A stretch of 64,000 bases of DNA, taken from positions 38,814,001 through 38,878,000 of the forward strand of contig NC_087245.1 in assembly GCF_037042905.1 (NCBI RefSeq), read 5' to 3'. The position numbers were made by a program, and so were the translations under genes. Below, one piece after another: positions 51,638-64,000 of this stretch. The first letter of the stretch is position 1; each line of letters begins with the position of its first letter. This stretch comes from Lytechinus pictus. Its lineage: Eukaryota. The notes beneath the pieces were generated by a model. The model worked only from the letters and a program-made list of their open reading frames with translations, did no database searches and was not told the DNA's origin.

Positions 51638-52016
51638 CTGACCCTGAGGTCACGGGAATCAGGTCACAATCAATTTGAATTTCATGATATTTGGGGTACA
51701 TTATTTTTTTCAGACAAGGGATGTGCAATTCCAAGTGTTTTTTTTAATGTTATAGAAAGGAAAGGGAGTAGTTTTTGTGTTTTTTATTTTAAGTCAGCAG
51801 TTTCGTGAACAGGAGGGATTGGATGAGATTTTTGTAAAGGAATTAAAAAAAGAAAGAGACAAACACACAGAAAATGGATTACATCACAAAAAAAACCAAT
51901 TCAGTAAGCATGATCTACTTTGGAAATGAGGTAGAAATTAAAAGTTTAGCAGAGAAGAGAGTGAGGACTGGGGGTTAAAAATCACGCCTGACATCTAGCC
52001 TCTAGGTTCAGCTCAC

Positions 52017-52171
52017 CAGTGTTAGGGCCGAGTCCGCTGCGGTCTGACCGTGGTTGTTGTGACGGGGATGATGATTATGGTTGCTATGGTGATTGTGAAG
52101 ATGATGATGATATCGATGGTGTCGAGGAGCAGAATCAGGACCAAGCCTCTCATCCCAGTAGTCTAGCTCAC
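52017..52171 (-). CDS. RIMS: RIM alternative exon B1 (GELDYWDERLG...His-rich...DSALTL)
   Basis: ccag|GTGAGCTAGAC...CTG|gtgagc; 155 nt, phase 1 to 0, open frame. Joined to the upstream exon it reads SISERGELDYW, like vertebrate RIM1 SVSEKGDLDYYW (recalled). Not in the ORF track. Confidence 0.82.
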
Positions 52172-52924
52172 CTGGTTTAAGGGGGGGTCAAAGGTTATAT
52201 CCAGCGGCAACCAAAGGTCATGGGGAGAATTGAATGTTTTGTTAACAATGTCCGTTATTATCTGTAAATCACATCATACCTGGTAGCAATAGGCCTACCC
52301 AACATTTTGGATTGCACTGACATGGCAAGATATAAAATGAATTTCTACAAATGAGTAATCTATGGCCCATGAGCAAAAATCGCCTACAATCTTTAAAATA
52401 AATTTACTTCAGACTCCTCCTAGGTCAAGAGAATACAAAAGAACAAATTCATATACATTTCATATTTGATGCAAATATTTGTAAATTCTTGTATTTTTTG
52501 ACATCTCTAGCAATTATTTTTTTATCACTGACAAATTTGGTACTGTATTTGATAAAATTCCATATTCTGTCATTTAGGTTTTATACAAGACATGCTTTTT
52601 AACAACATTGTAAATGCTAGAGATGTTGCTATGACAGGCATTCATTTAAAATCCTTACGCAGCATATCATTTGAGTAGTCCATCCTAGTGAGTGTTAACA
52701 CTGGAAAGAATAGTTTCACACACTTTGTGGAGCACTTTACATGCTGTTAAATTTGAGCATTTCAACAGTGTGAAGCAAATTTTTAAATAGTCCACTATGT
52801 GAACACAGTTTTAACATTCATAATGTTGAGGTATCCATGTTCACACTGTTGAATTTGAGCAATTTAACAGAGTTATTCACATTTTAAAATAGTCCACTAT
52901 GTGAACATTCTTTTAACACTCATA

Positions 52925-53347
52925 GGCCCGAATTCACGAAGGTGGTTTTTAAAACCAATGGTTGAACCCATGGTTTATGCAGATTTCCTGTATGAATTAC
53001 GCTTATTTACCGCGTATATTAAAAATTGTCTAATGCTGATGCGTGTTTCTTGTCACAGTGCGCCAAATTGATGCCTGTTGCCGTGGTTATATATCCACGC
53101 TATTTCATTCATGAGTCTACTGTTTTGAATTAATGAGTCCACTGTTCAAACAATGGACTCATGAATAAAATAGCGTATCTATATAACCATGGTAACAGGC
53201 GTCAATTTGGTGCACTGTGACAAAAGCGCGCATTAGCATTGGAATTTTGTAATATATGTGGTAAATTAAGCCTCATTTATACAGGAAATCTGCATAAATC
53301 ATGGATTCAACCGTAGGTTTTCAAAACCACCTTTGTGAATTCGGGCC
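52925..53347. mobile_element. Foldback MITE, copy 2 (family of 8516-8949)
   Basis: Same GGCCCGAATTCAC..AGGTGGTTTT termini; inserted in a degenerate tandem array. Confidence 0.9.
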
Positions 53348-53357
53348 ATACTGTTGA

Positions 53358-53573
53358 GGTGGTTCCATGACATTTGCTCCGGCGACAATTGCTCCGATGT
53401 GAAATCTGCATGTTAAGGAAAACCTAAAACCTAGCCTCTAAAACTATATAAACCTTAATCCTAATCTTTACATTACTCTGACCCCAAAACTCTATACTAT
53501 CGTAACTCTAACCCTATTCCATCCGAGATATTCAGACCGGAGCAAATTTCGCAGGAGCAACTGTCGTGTCACC
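53358..53573. mobile_element. MITE with GGTG..CACC ends and 5-bp target duplication GTTGA
   Basis: GTTGA|GGTG...TTTGCTCCGGCGACAATTGCTCC...GGAGCAAATTTCGCAGGAGCAACTGTCGTGTCACC|GTTGA; related decayed copies near 22667 and 44010. Confidence 0.8.
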
Positions 53574-53933
53574 GTTGAGGTATCCATGTTCACACTGTTG
53601 AATTTGATTGCTTTAACAGAGTGAATCACATTTTCAAATAGTCCACTATGTTAACACTCATACTGTTGAGGTATCCACGTTCACACTGTTGAAATTGCTT
53701 GCTTTAACAGTGTGATTGGCATCTTCACACATTTCACAGTGTGAACACACTGTGATCACACTATTTGACACTGTTCTATCCAGCAAAAATTAGCAGACAG
53801 ATATGTACTAATCAAAACCCATTGTGTACTTTATATACTATATGGTGCCATGTCAGGTAAACCACTCTTGCTCCCCGAGTATAAGGCCGCCCATATGCTC
53901 CACTCACTGCAGTTTGTAGTAAGAGGTTACTAA

Positions 53934-54058
53934 CAGGGGCGTCGATCCATTTTTCAGATTGGGGGGGCGAAATCATTAACGTTCCAAAGGCGCTCGATCG
54001 TACAAAACACCCACCCACACACACACACACACCCTCACATACATATATATATATATAT

Positions 54059-54111
<53 letters not shown>

Positions 54112-54769
54112 TTATATACATGTATATATGTATATATATATATATGTATATATCTATATATATGTATGACTCATGAGACACAGACACGTATCTCACTACA
54201 CAGATATATAGTACGAGTGCCGAGAGTGAGCTCAAATTTCTTTATATTCTGAGCTGAAAACTTGATATTCTAAGCATTTTTGGTACCAATGATTAAGATT
54301 TGTATCTAAAAGAGAATAGATGCGAGCGCGAAGCGCGAGCTGAAAATTTTGATATTTCGATCTGAAAAAATGACAGTTTACTGGATGTTTTTGATAAAGA
54401 ACAAGCTATATATCCAAGAAAAGATGATTGCAAATTGAAGCAGTTCTTTTGAGGCTTAGAACTGAAAATGGGACATTTACATTCACCAATTTAATCATGA
54501 AAAGTATGGGTTTTTGCTACAGAAATGATGCGAGCGCGAAGCGCGAGCTGAAAATTTTTATATTCCAATCTGAAAAGCGGACATTTTGAGCACGATTTTA
54601 AATAAAGAACGAGTTGTGTATCTCAATCTCGCTTGCTGAACATTACAATCTTGTTTTTTTTTAATGCATATCCGGAATTATTGGGGGGGCAAAATGATAT
54701 GTTTGCCCCCCCAATATTTTCATTGGTGGGGCGATCGCCCCCCCTGCCCCCCCAGGATCGACGCCTCTG
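53934..54769. mobile_element. Non-autonomous hAT element with 8-bp TSD, containing CA/TA microsatellites
   Basis: GTTACTAA|CAGGGGCGTCGATCC ... GGATCGACGCCTCTG|GTTACTAA; internal GATGCGAGCGCGAAGCGCGAGCTGAAA repeats. Confidence 0.92.
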
Positions 54770-57700
54770 GTTACTAAGAGCATCTGGGTTAGACTCTACT
54801 CATGATAAATATATGTTTTATAAGAATTTTAAATATGAGATGCTTCCCATAAAACTGGATGAATAATCAGACCACATGGGTAATGAAGATATATGATAAT
54901 TGATATAAAAGTCATAATAGCATTGAAATATTCCACAATGAAATTAGTTGAAATGGAATATATATATATATAAAATGCTCAATCAATATATATCCATACA
55001 AATAGCATACAAAGAAATATATTTTAGTATTTCCTATTCATGTTAAGAGAAGAAGGAGTAGTAGTATCACTAGTGCATTTTCAGAAAGTATTAGGATTCA
55101 TGAAAGATGTATTAATCGATACCGTTTCAACAATAATTTTGGTCAGTCATATGTTCACAGACTAGGTGGCTATTTAACAAACCAAGTTTAAGAATGAACT
55201 AAAATATTAAAAAAATTTCCTAATGATATTTCACAAAAATAAAATAGTCAAAAATCATATGGTTTGAAATCAGATGCTTCATAATTCATGTTATCATCAT
55301 TAATAATGAAAATTTGTTTTTCATCACTATCTAAATCAAAGTATGTTACTCATAAATGATACTTGATTATACTTAACAATTATGGTAATTTATGCATATT
55401 TTCAGGACGAGAATGATTTTTATGCATCATTTTTACAGTTATTATATTTAGAAAGTTAATATGAATCATCATCAACTTTACAAATATCATGAGAGTAAAA
55501 CTTTTCTTCAGACATGCACAGCATACAATGATTATCATTGAGTACACACACAGATAATTGTATATAATACTATGCTTTTTTCTGTGGTTAAAAGTAAATA
55601 GGCAAATGGCAAAACATATCATATTATAATTCATGCCATCCCTCGGATAAACAAATCCATGAATAAAAAAATCTGTATAAACAATGTTAAAGATTTGCAA
55701 TGATTACCATATGCATGAAGTAAACTGAGGAAGTATAAGATTGTAACAAACTGGTTGTAGGTTTTCAAAAGTAATGTTCAAATTCAAGTTGTGAGTGGTG
55801 GAGAACACTTGTCTTTTACGATGGAGAATAATACATGTATTTCACATTGACAGAATGTGACAGAAATAATGAAGAAAGAAGTGCATCAGTTTTATTCAAC
55901 CAGGCAAGTTCACAGTTTTATGGAAAATTAATTCCTGTTATGTTGAAATAGATGTGGGTAGGTAGATATAACCACCTTCATGAAGCACCCCCCCCCCCCC
56001 CGCACTCTCTCTCTCTCTCTCATTCTCCTCCTATTCCTCCTCTTTTTGGTCATGTTATACTCATTTATGAGAAAGAGGCTGTCCATTTAAAAGCAGTATA
56101 CTTTTCTACTTCAGAACACAGTAATTTCAATTGTCACTGATTTAATCTATGAAATGGCAACCAATGTAAAATGCAGTTGATTATTTCTAAATGGATTAAT
56201 TGTTCTCTCTAAATATACCACTACCATTTTTATTTGCTTAAAAACTCCATTGAAAAGCAAGTTTTGTACATGGGCCTATGGGATATCCTTCGGATTTTGG
56301 CCCTTTTTAGGGGTACGCTTTCGTGTTGGACAGGCAATTGTTGCAGACCAAATACACATTTTTTGCTGCATCGCTAAAAACACTCCATATAGACATTAAT
56401 ACAAGAAATATGCATAGTCCCTGGTTTTGTACCATGGTACAATTAAAACCATCTTGTGAATATTGGCCATTATGGATCGACCCCCTTCTAAATGCAAGAA
56501 AGAATTAACTAACATAAATGCATAATTAATGCTATGCTGTTTCCCTACAGCTGATGACCTGATAGTGCGCATAGACTCTGCCCTACATCTTGCAAACACC
56601 CTTGACCAAATATGAGTTCATATAGATGAAGAATTCTCAAACACACTTGGAGTACATGCAGGGTTTCACATGGCAGCATTTAATTGTTCTATTGTCGTCA
56701 TGCCTGCATGCCCATCTTGAGCGTATCGGTACAGGCAACGCTTCACAAAACATCTCTCCCGTAACTTTTATAGGCAAAATTTGCTCCCAGCCATTCAACT
56801 GCAAGCTTTTAACAACTGCCAGTGAAAAAAAATAATTGAGACATCTTCAGTAGATGTGAAAGTACCTACTTTATACAGTGAACGAATAGTCCTTGATTTT
56901 GATTGAAAATTTGTTATAAGCCACTGAAATCCTTGCATCTGATTGGCTCAGAGCAAATTAGTAAGAGACAAATCCCTGACAAAATACTTAATGATAACAC
57001 TTGTCAGATGCAAGCTCCAAAAATAAAAGAAAAATAAGAAAAAAACTGTGACTTTACGTTTGAAAAAAAATTTGAAATTAAACATGTGCTTGGAATTTCT
57101 TAGTGCTTTATAGAATTATTTTTTTCTTTTCTTCAATCATGTGTAATATTCATTTATTCTTAGACCACATTCCCCTTATCTTGCAAGTCAATGTCATTCA
57201 CAACAACATGAACCACTCTAGAATGATCAAATGGATCTATATTATTTCCAATAAATGGAAATTAAAATCCTGAATTCTGTTCAGCAAGGATATAACTGGA
57301 GTTTCAGTAGCATTATAAAGTGTCATTTTTCACTACTGCATGAAATCAAAATGTTCATTCCCCCTTAAACTGAAAAGAAAATCCAAATGCAGACATGCAT
57401 TTTTTTTGTAAATTTATTTCTTGTTTGTAGAAACCAATTTCAACAGACGGTTCATTAATAGTAAATTATTAGTGTTTCCCTTTTTAAGGTGGAAGCGAGA
57501 ATCATTAATCATTCATTACTGAGGGGGAAGTTGCTTGGTATGGATTGAGACTACTGCATGGCTTCTGCGCGACATCAATTCCCATTTAATGAGGTTTGAA
57601 AATAGTGACTGCAAAGATCCCGAGGGACGGGTGAAATGAGACCGCAGATCCGGTCAGCAAGATCCCCTCCTTAAATTTCCTTTCTCATGTTTGTTTCCTT

Positions 57701-60627
57701 CATTCTGTCATCCCATCTAACTGATGTAAAAGGTCAAAAGTTCATGACCGGAATTGCTTTTAAAATCCAGTACAAATTCATTTCTAATTTTTGTTCATGC
57801 CTTCTCATGTTCACCATCCAGTCTGTTAATCACCATTACGGTGTTGGCAAATTGACCGATTTCCATGTCCTGATAAAAAATTTGTTAATTGATAACCATA
57901 AATTAACACTGATGAAAGTAGTATGGTGTGTTGGCCGTGGTTTCAAAATTGTATTTGTACTTATGGCGCAAAAGGGTTTCCATATTTGACGATTCTACCA
58001 TTTTAAGAATAACGTTTACTTTTTCTACTTTTTAAATGCCTGCATTTATTTGACTTTCAGTAACTTCAATATTGATATGTAATTCTTGCAAATTAATGAA
58101 AATTTCAAAACCATTTTATAAGGATTGACTTTCAAGCTTGATTATTAGTGTGCAACAGAACTAACAGCATTAAGTACCATATAAAACACATACTATTTAA
58201 AAAAGTTATTTCATCATGTGAAATATATCATTTCATTTCAGAAAAATTATACATTGTCACTACCTTATATAAAACACTGAATGAAAGCTGAATGGATTCA
58301 AATTCAAATGTCTCGGTATTTCTTTAATCTTTCCTGAAAATAACTTTCCATATCTCTCATAATAATTTGAAAATTCAATAATGATAAGAAAAACTTATGT
58401 GCATCTGATTTGTCATCACGTCATCACGACATCTGATCTACTCATCCATAACATTTAAGAATGTCAATGATCTTAATCAGGCCAACATAATTGGATGCAA
58501 ATTTTGATACTCACTTCACATAGCTTACAAAAAGCTCTCTTAAATGACTCAAGGTCAAAGGTAAAAAGAACAACCTACAAGAGTCACCATATTATGACTA
58601 GATTTTCCCTTTTTTTTTCTTTCCTGATATTCATCATTAAATACTCTTTCAAATGCCCATATATCCTGAGGACGTTTTCGTCCCACCCTCCTGTCAACGC
58701 TCTCCCCATCTCGACACACGAGGGCCTCCTAACTAATCAGTCGGACGCTGCCTGCATTACCTCGCCCCGTGCTAATTTTAGACTCTCGCAATAAATTGGG
58801 TCTTGATGAAATGAAGAAGCATGGACAGAGTATGGAAAGAAGAGAGAGAAAGAGAGAGAGAGAGAGACAATCTCGTTGGTATATGCCCGGGCTTTGTATT
58901 TACCTCCCCATTCCGGTAAACATGCGAGGTCGGAGCAATTTTCTACATCTGAATAAATCTAATTTGAAGTGATGCCTAGTCTCTCAAATATTGTAAAAAC
59001 ATGTCACCGAGCTGCCCCCTTGATACGGCATGCTTACATGCACATAGTATACATACGACATCTGACATGATTTGTTTAGAAGGCCATTAATGCCTGGCAG
59101 TCGGTACTATCGATGTGCTAGGTACACTCTTTATGCAGCTTAAATCATACATTCTGGTACGATTTTTTATTTTCCCTCTCTCTCACAAAAACATTTTCTC
59201 TCCCTTTCTCCATGATTTCATGCTTTGGATGAATTATATCAATGTTTTTCTATTAATTTTTTTTTCATTTCCTATCTCTTCTAACACTAGTTATTTTGCT
59301 ATTTTAATGCTGTCCTCTAGTCATATCTGTATACTATATTTTCAATTATCATTTTGTAATTTGTGGCATAAAAGACAAGTGTTTTCCATTCTAAATAGTC
59401 AGTAACAAATTATTATTTTTCTTTAGAAGTAAAATATTGTTTTATATTCATGAAGCAATTCAGTAAAAACCATGCAAGCCTTTAAATATTTCTATGTAAC
59501 AATGAAATAAGTCATGAATATTATTATTTCAATGTAAAGGCAAACACAACACATAATGAATCAAAATTTGAAGATAAGATATCAATGCAATGATCAAGGA
59601 CAATCAAGTTATTGTAGCATTTGAAATACAAGAAAAGAATACTACCACCTACTGACAAAAGGGAGCAACTCTACTTTCAAGTCAAAATCAACTTTTTCTT
59701 GATTCGGTATATTTCATGTATGCTCTTAATGATGGCCAAGCAATTGGAGACACATAGCCAGCAATTTCTGAAATATACATGTAGTCTAGATGTTTAAAAA
59801 GCAAGTGACTCTATGTATCTAAGCTTAAACAATGACACATTTTCCTCATTTACTCAGAAACTCATCCCACAGAGTTCTTTCCTTTTGTCAGTGGACGGAG
59901 GAATATCTCACACGCAAGCAATATTTTTATCATAAATCGGATGGGTGCTTCACGAAGAGTTACGCTTCACTTTAAATGAATTAGTAAGGATCAAAGGACG
60001 AGTTTCAAAGGGACTTAAAGGCAAATTAGACTTAAAATCATGTTTAAACACTAATCAGCACATATAGTATTCATTGTAATACAAATGATGACTGAGCACG
60101 TAGTAGCATGCATACTCCTGACTGCTACCTGGCAAATGCAGATATGTGTTCACTGCATGCAACTTAAACTATTCCTGCGTTGTGAAACTGCACCCCCAAG
60201 AAGTGGTTACCTGACCCTAATTGTGAGGGGGTGGGGGGGATCACAAAGCTTTTTATATAATCAATGCAAGCAAATCTAGAGAACAGTTCTCATGGTAAAT
60301 GAGACATAGGCCTACCCTTACTATTGTCAAGTTTATAAGTTACTATTATCAATTAATTTTGTAGAAGCCAACCGTTGACAAAGTCTAGACTTTGCATGCA
60401 TATGTTCAGTTTCTCAATGGATTAATTTTGACGCAAAATTAAAATTCTACAAGAAAATGTGGTAAAATGGAGTTCTGATATAGTCTTCGGTTAAAATGGT
60501 GCTATATTTAGGTAAAAAAAGCCTTAAGTGTTAGTGCACTTTTATTTCCAACATAACTCTTTGTGAAACACCGCCGCAGAAATTAAGAAACTAACTTGCT
60601 CAAACTCTTTGCCTGATATGTACTCAC

Positions 60628-62284
60628 CTCTTTCGCTGATGCTACCGCTTTCTATTTCCCCCTCATCGCAGCTGGTATAGTCTGGCGTTGATCTTATTTC
60701 CTCCTCGGAACTGCTCAATGAGTAATCACGTCTCTTCCTCATCCCTTTCCCTTTGTGCGGTTTAGGAGGTGGCGGGCGCACACACTCGCTTTGGTCCGAA
60801 CTTAAAGAGTCATTGCGTATCATGGAGTCCGTCTTGCGCGAATCTTTTGCACTCACTTTCCCCGCCGCCGAACTGGGGTCTAGATGTTGCTTTGGCGTCA
60901 CGTCAGTCCGCACTCCGTATAAATCCCGCGTTCGCGCGTCAGGGATGTCTTCCCCCGCGTTTGTGTGTCTATGCCCATGGTTTCCTCGCTTCCCGGCAGA
61001 ATTACCATAGTTCGAGGATCGATGCATTCCATATTGCACAGGTGGTGGCCCAAAGTCACTTGGGATACGCTCTTTCTCGCGAACATTCGATGGCACTGTA
61101 TGAGTTATGTGGTCTCTCCTATCGCGATCACGAGGTCTCCTCTCTATATGAGGCTCGATCTCACTAGGACCCGAAGGAGGTTCCATTCCTTCTATTCTAT
61201 TGATTGAATCTCGTTTACCTACAACACTAGAAGAGTCAGAGTAAACATCCTGCAGAAACTCCTGCTGAGGATCATCATACATCCGTCTTTGACGGTCCAG
61301 GGATCGTCCACTTGCGGTCCTGGACACAGGCTCCTTGTGATAATGTCTACCCCTCTCTTGATCATCCGAGTAGAATCGTTCTTCCGGAGGAAAGCCTCTC
61401 CCTGGCCCATCACCTTCATGGTATCTGGGAGGATACCGATCATTCTCAGGGTAACGTTCCCGACGATCTCTGTATTGATCTGGTTCGGGGTACTTGCGAC
61501 CGTCCGGCTCGTGTTCGGGCCCTGGAAGCTTTCCCCTTCCTGCATAGTTGGCACGATCCCCAGCCTGTCTGGGTCCATATCTATCACCACTTACTGACCG
61601 ATCACGGTCGCCCGGTCGGTCCCTGCGAGGGTACCTATCCCTATCCCGATGCCTATCCTGATCTCTATGATGCAAGTCCCCGCTAGAGCCGTGGAGAGGT
61701 TCACGCCTTGACCCTCTATTCCCTGGTATATCCCGATCATGTACATGTCTCAAGCTGTCTCTACCATGTGGTCTATGCACTGGTCTAGGGGTGCCCGGTA
61801 CAGAGTCATCATCCTTTGAAAGCTGGCGTGTTAAAGGCGCATGTTGGCTACCCCCTCTTGACAGACCCTTGGACTGGCCTCCACCTAGAGGTGTCCCGTC
61901 TTTACCCGGTTGTCCACGTATGGAAGGCGCTTTGCTATCACTCAGTCTTTCTCTGTCCCTAAGGTTCAGGCTCGATGATGTCGATGATGCTGGTGATACT
62001 GTCTTGGTCGTCGTTGTCACCGTTGTCGTCGATGAAGGGCTCGTTGTTGTCGTCATTGTTCCGGCTCTTGCCGCAGTCGTCGAGGGTGTGTTTGGAGGTC
62101 CTCCTGCCCCAGGAGTGCTTGGTGCTGATGATAGGGCTGCAGACAGGGATTCTGTTGACATGGCCAATCGCTTGAGTTTGTCTCCTGGAGTAGAAGGGGG
62201 TGTCTTTGTCCCACCATGATACCATTGTCCTGTCTTTGTCAGGTATTCCTGCTTCTTCCGACAAAGCTTGCACACCCATAACAC
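60628..62284 (-). CDS. RIMS: RIM large exon: C-terminal half of the zinc finger (VLWVCKLCRKKQE), Rab3-binding-type TGQWYH motif and long linker
   Basis: Acceptor cag at 62287-62285, donor G|gtgagt at 60627; 1657 nt, phase 0 to 1. Contains RIM hallmark motifs WVCxLCRKxQE, RNDSLSSDQSECVRPPPPKPH and SSSEEEIRSTPDYTSCDEGEIES. Confidence 0.95.
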
Positions 62285-64000
62285 CTGGATGTAAAGATGA
62301 AAAAGAACAAGTTCAGATAAACATTCTGGTCATTGACTCACATTTAAGGAAAACCAAGAATGGCTAAAGTACACATTTTACATGGCTATTGCAACAATAA
62401 TTGAAGATAATTACCATATCATACTTGGATAACAAATATAATACACTGGCTCCATCTACTTTGTCATTATGGTTCCAAGTCATTTTCATTTTGAAAAAAA
62501 AAATAATTTAGCTAATATAGTGCAAAATTAAGAAATATTTTCATTCAAAACCCAGAATAAACCAATACTTAAAAAAATAGAATTGGTGCATTTGGTTTTT
62601 AGTCATGAAAAAAAAAATCATTTAGTTGATCAATACACCAAGAATAAAATAAAAGACCTTGAAGAAAGAAAAAAATCTTATGGATAAGTATATGATTATA
62701 ATAATAAGCTATTGAAAATGAACAAAAGCTGTGGCAAAAATAGTCAAAAGAAGAAGTATATCAACTGACAAAGAGAACAATCCCGGAGTTTAAAGGAGAG
62801 ACTTTTTGATGTAAAATTAAAGCTGCAAGTGTAATGAAACAATGTCACTGTAATGCACTTTGGCTGTAACCTTGTTATATTTATACTAGGTCTTTATGCT
62901 TTAAAATGCGGGAAGTTTTCATCCCTAAAAATCTGTATCGGACAGTGCAGTCTGTGCTCCACGGCCAATCGAAATCAGGTCTGGCAACACGTCAGATGAC
63001 ACAAGGCTCTACAGAGGAGCATTACATGAAAAGTATTGTCAGTGCTATTTTTGCTCTCAGCTGATTAGATGCAAGGATTTTCAGAAGCTTATAATATTTA
63101 TCTGTACAAATCACCAACAAACTCTTCATCAAACATACGTTCCCATTTACCAACATACAAATACCAAACAAAAATGTTTAAGTTTGAATGCAATAAGAAA
63201 GCCAAGACAAAACAATCCAGTTTGGAAGCCTGTACATCCATGTAGTGTCCATACCAAAATATTGATTTACATAACCAGCATAAAATAGAGAATATACCCC
63301 AGATACCGTACCATTAAGGGGAAGTTCTCCATGACAATTTTTCATTGTTAAAATGGCAACAAACATAATAAAAAGATATTGGTGAAAATTTTAGGAAAAT
63401 CTATCAAACACTAAAAAAGTTTATATAATTTTAATTTTTGACTAACCCTAACCCTACCATATATCATGTAGTAAAAAAATCAATGAAATATCAGTTTCTC
63501 AAAAATTGAAAACAGTTTTAATTGTACCTTCAGTATATCAATGGACTAATCAATTGACGCTCGCTCCTGATAGAGACACATTTTCAGTCATCAAAAATCA
63601 ATAGAAAAATCAGAATTTTATACATTTTGCATGGATTATCATCCTTGTCACAAATCAAAAAATTAAAATTTTAATAACTTTCTTAATATTTGATGGATTT
63701 TCCTCCAACCTTAACCAATATTTCTATTTTTTCTGGTGTTTTTACAACAATATTTTTGTCAGGCTGACCTTCCTCTTTAAGTGAAAGGGGTGATTTGGGC
63801 ATAGAACTGAAGAAGGGGTACTTTGGTTTGGAGGATTGAATTGATGGATAGGATCTAAGAAGGGTCATGCTTTTATTTCCATTCCATACAAACCAAAAAC
63901 AAATTTCTCCTACTTGTTTCCTTTAGCAAAATAAATCCAAAACATCATGTATCGCACTCCTTCATTTTATTGCAATTTTGGTGTATTTCTGCTTTCATTC

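Larger units (their letters stand above)
52680..53770. repeat. Degenerate tandem array (TTCACACTGTTGAATTTG...AAATAGTCCACTATGT) hosting nested MITEs
   Basis: The unit recurs at about 52745, 52840, 53590 and 53680. Confidence 0.75.

Overview
Eukaryotic, AT-rich, repeat-laden DNA from a marine deuterostome; a sea urchin is my inference from the repeat landscape. The whole window lies inside one large minus-strand gene, the orthologue of RIM (Rab3-interacting molecule; RIMS1/2, unc-10), a presynaptic active-zone scaffold. I reconstructed a phase-consistent chain of GT-AG coding exons from 62284 down to 27705. It encodes the zinc-finger C-terminal half, a long linker, PDZ, C2A, the RIM-BP-binding RRLPQIP motif and the conserved SDVSA segment. 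The N-terminal exons and the C2B exons lie outside the window. The interesting signal is isoform architecture: (i) two phase-1-to-0 exons before the PDZ that cannot both be included in frame; (ii) a candidate internal TATA/Inr/CCAAT promoter with a phase-2 first exon (MPAFISSI-) that would give a short gamma-RIM-like C2B isoform; (iii) a stop-containing alternative exon giving a C2B-less RIM; (iv) several frame-preserving microexon candidates. Introns hold many MITEs (hAT, TTAA-flanked, CWG-flanked), two Helentron/DINE-like elements, a tRNA-derived SINE, a LINE tail and a hammerhead-like motif. I found no prokaryote-type system, CRISPR array, rRNA or genuine tRNA gene. All calls are by eye, without database searches.
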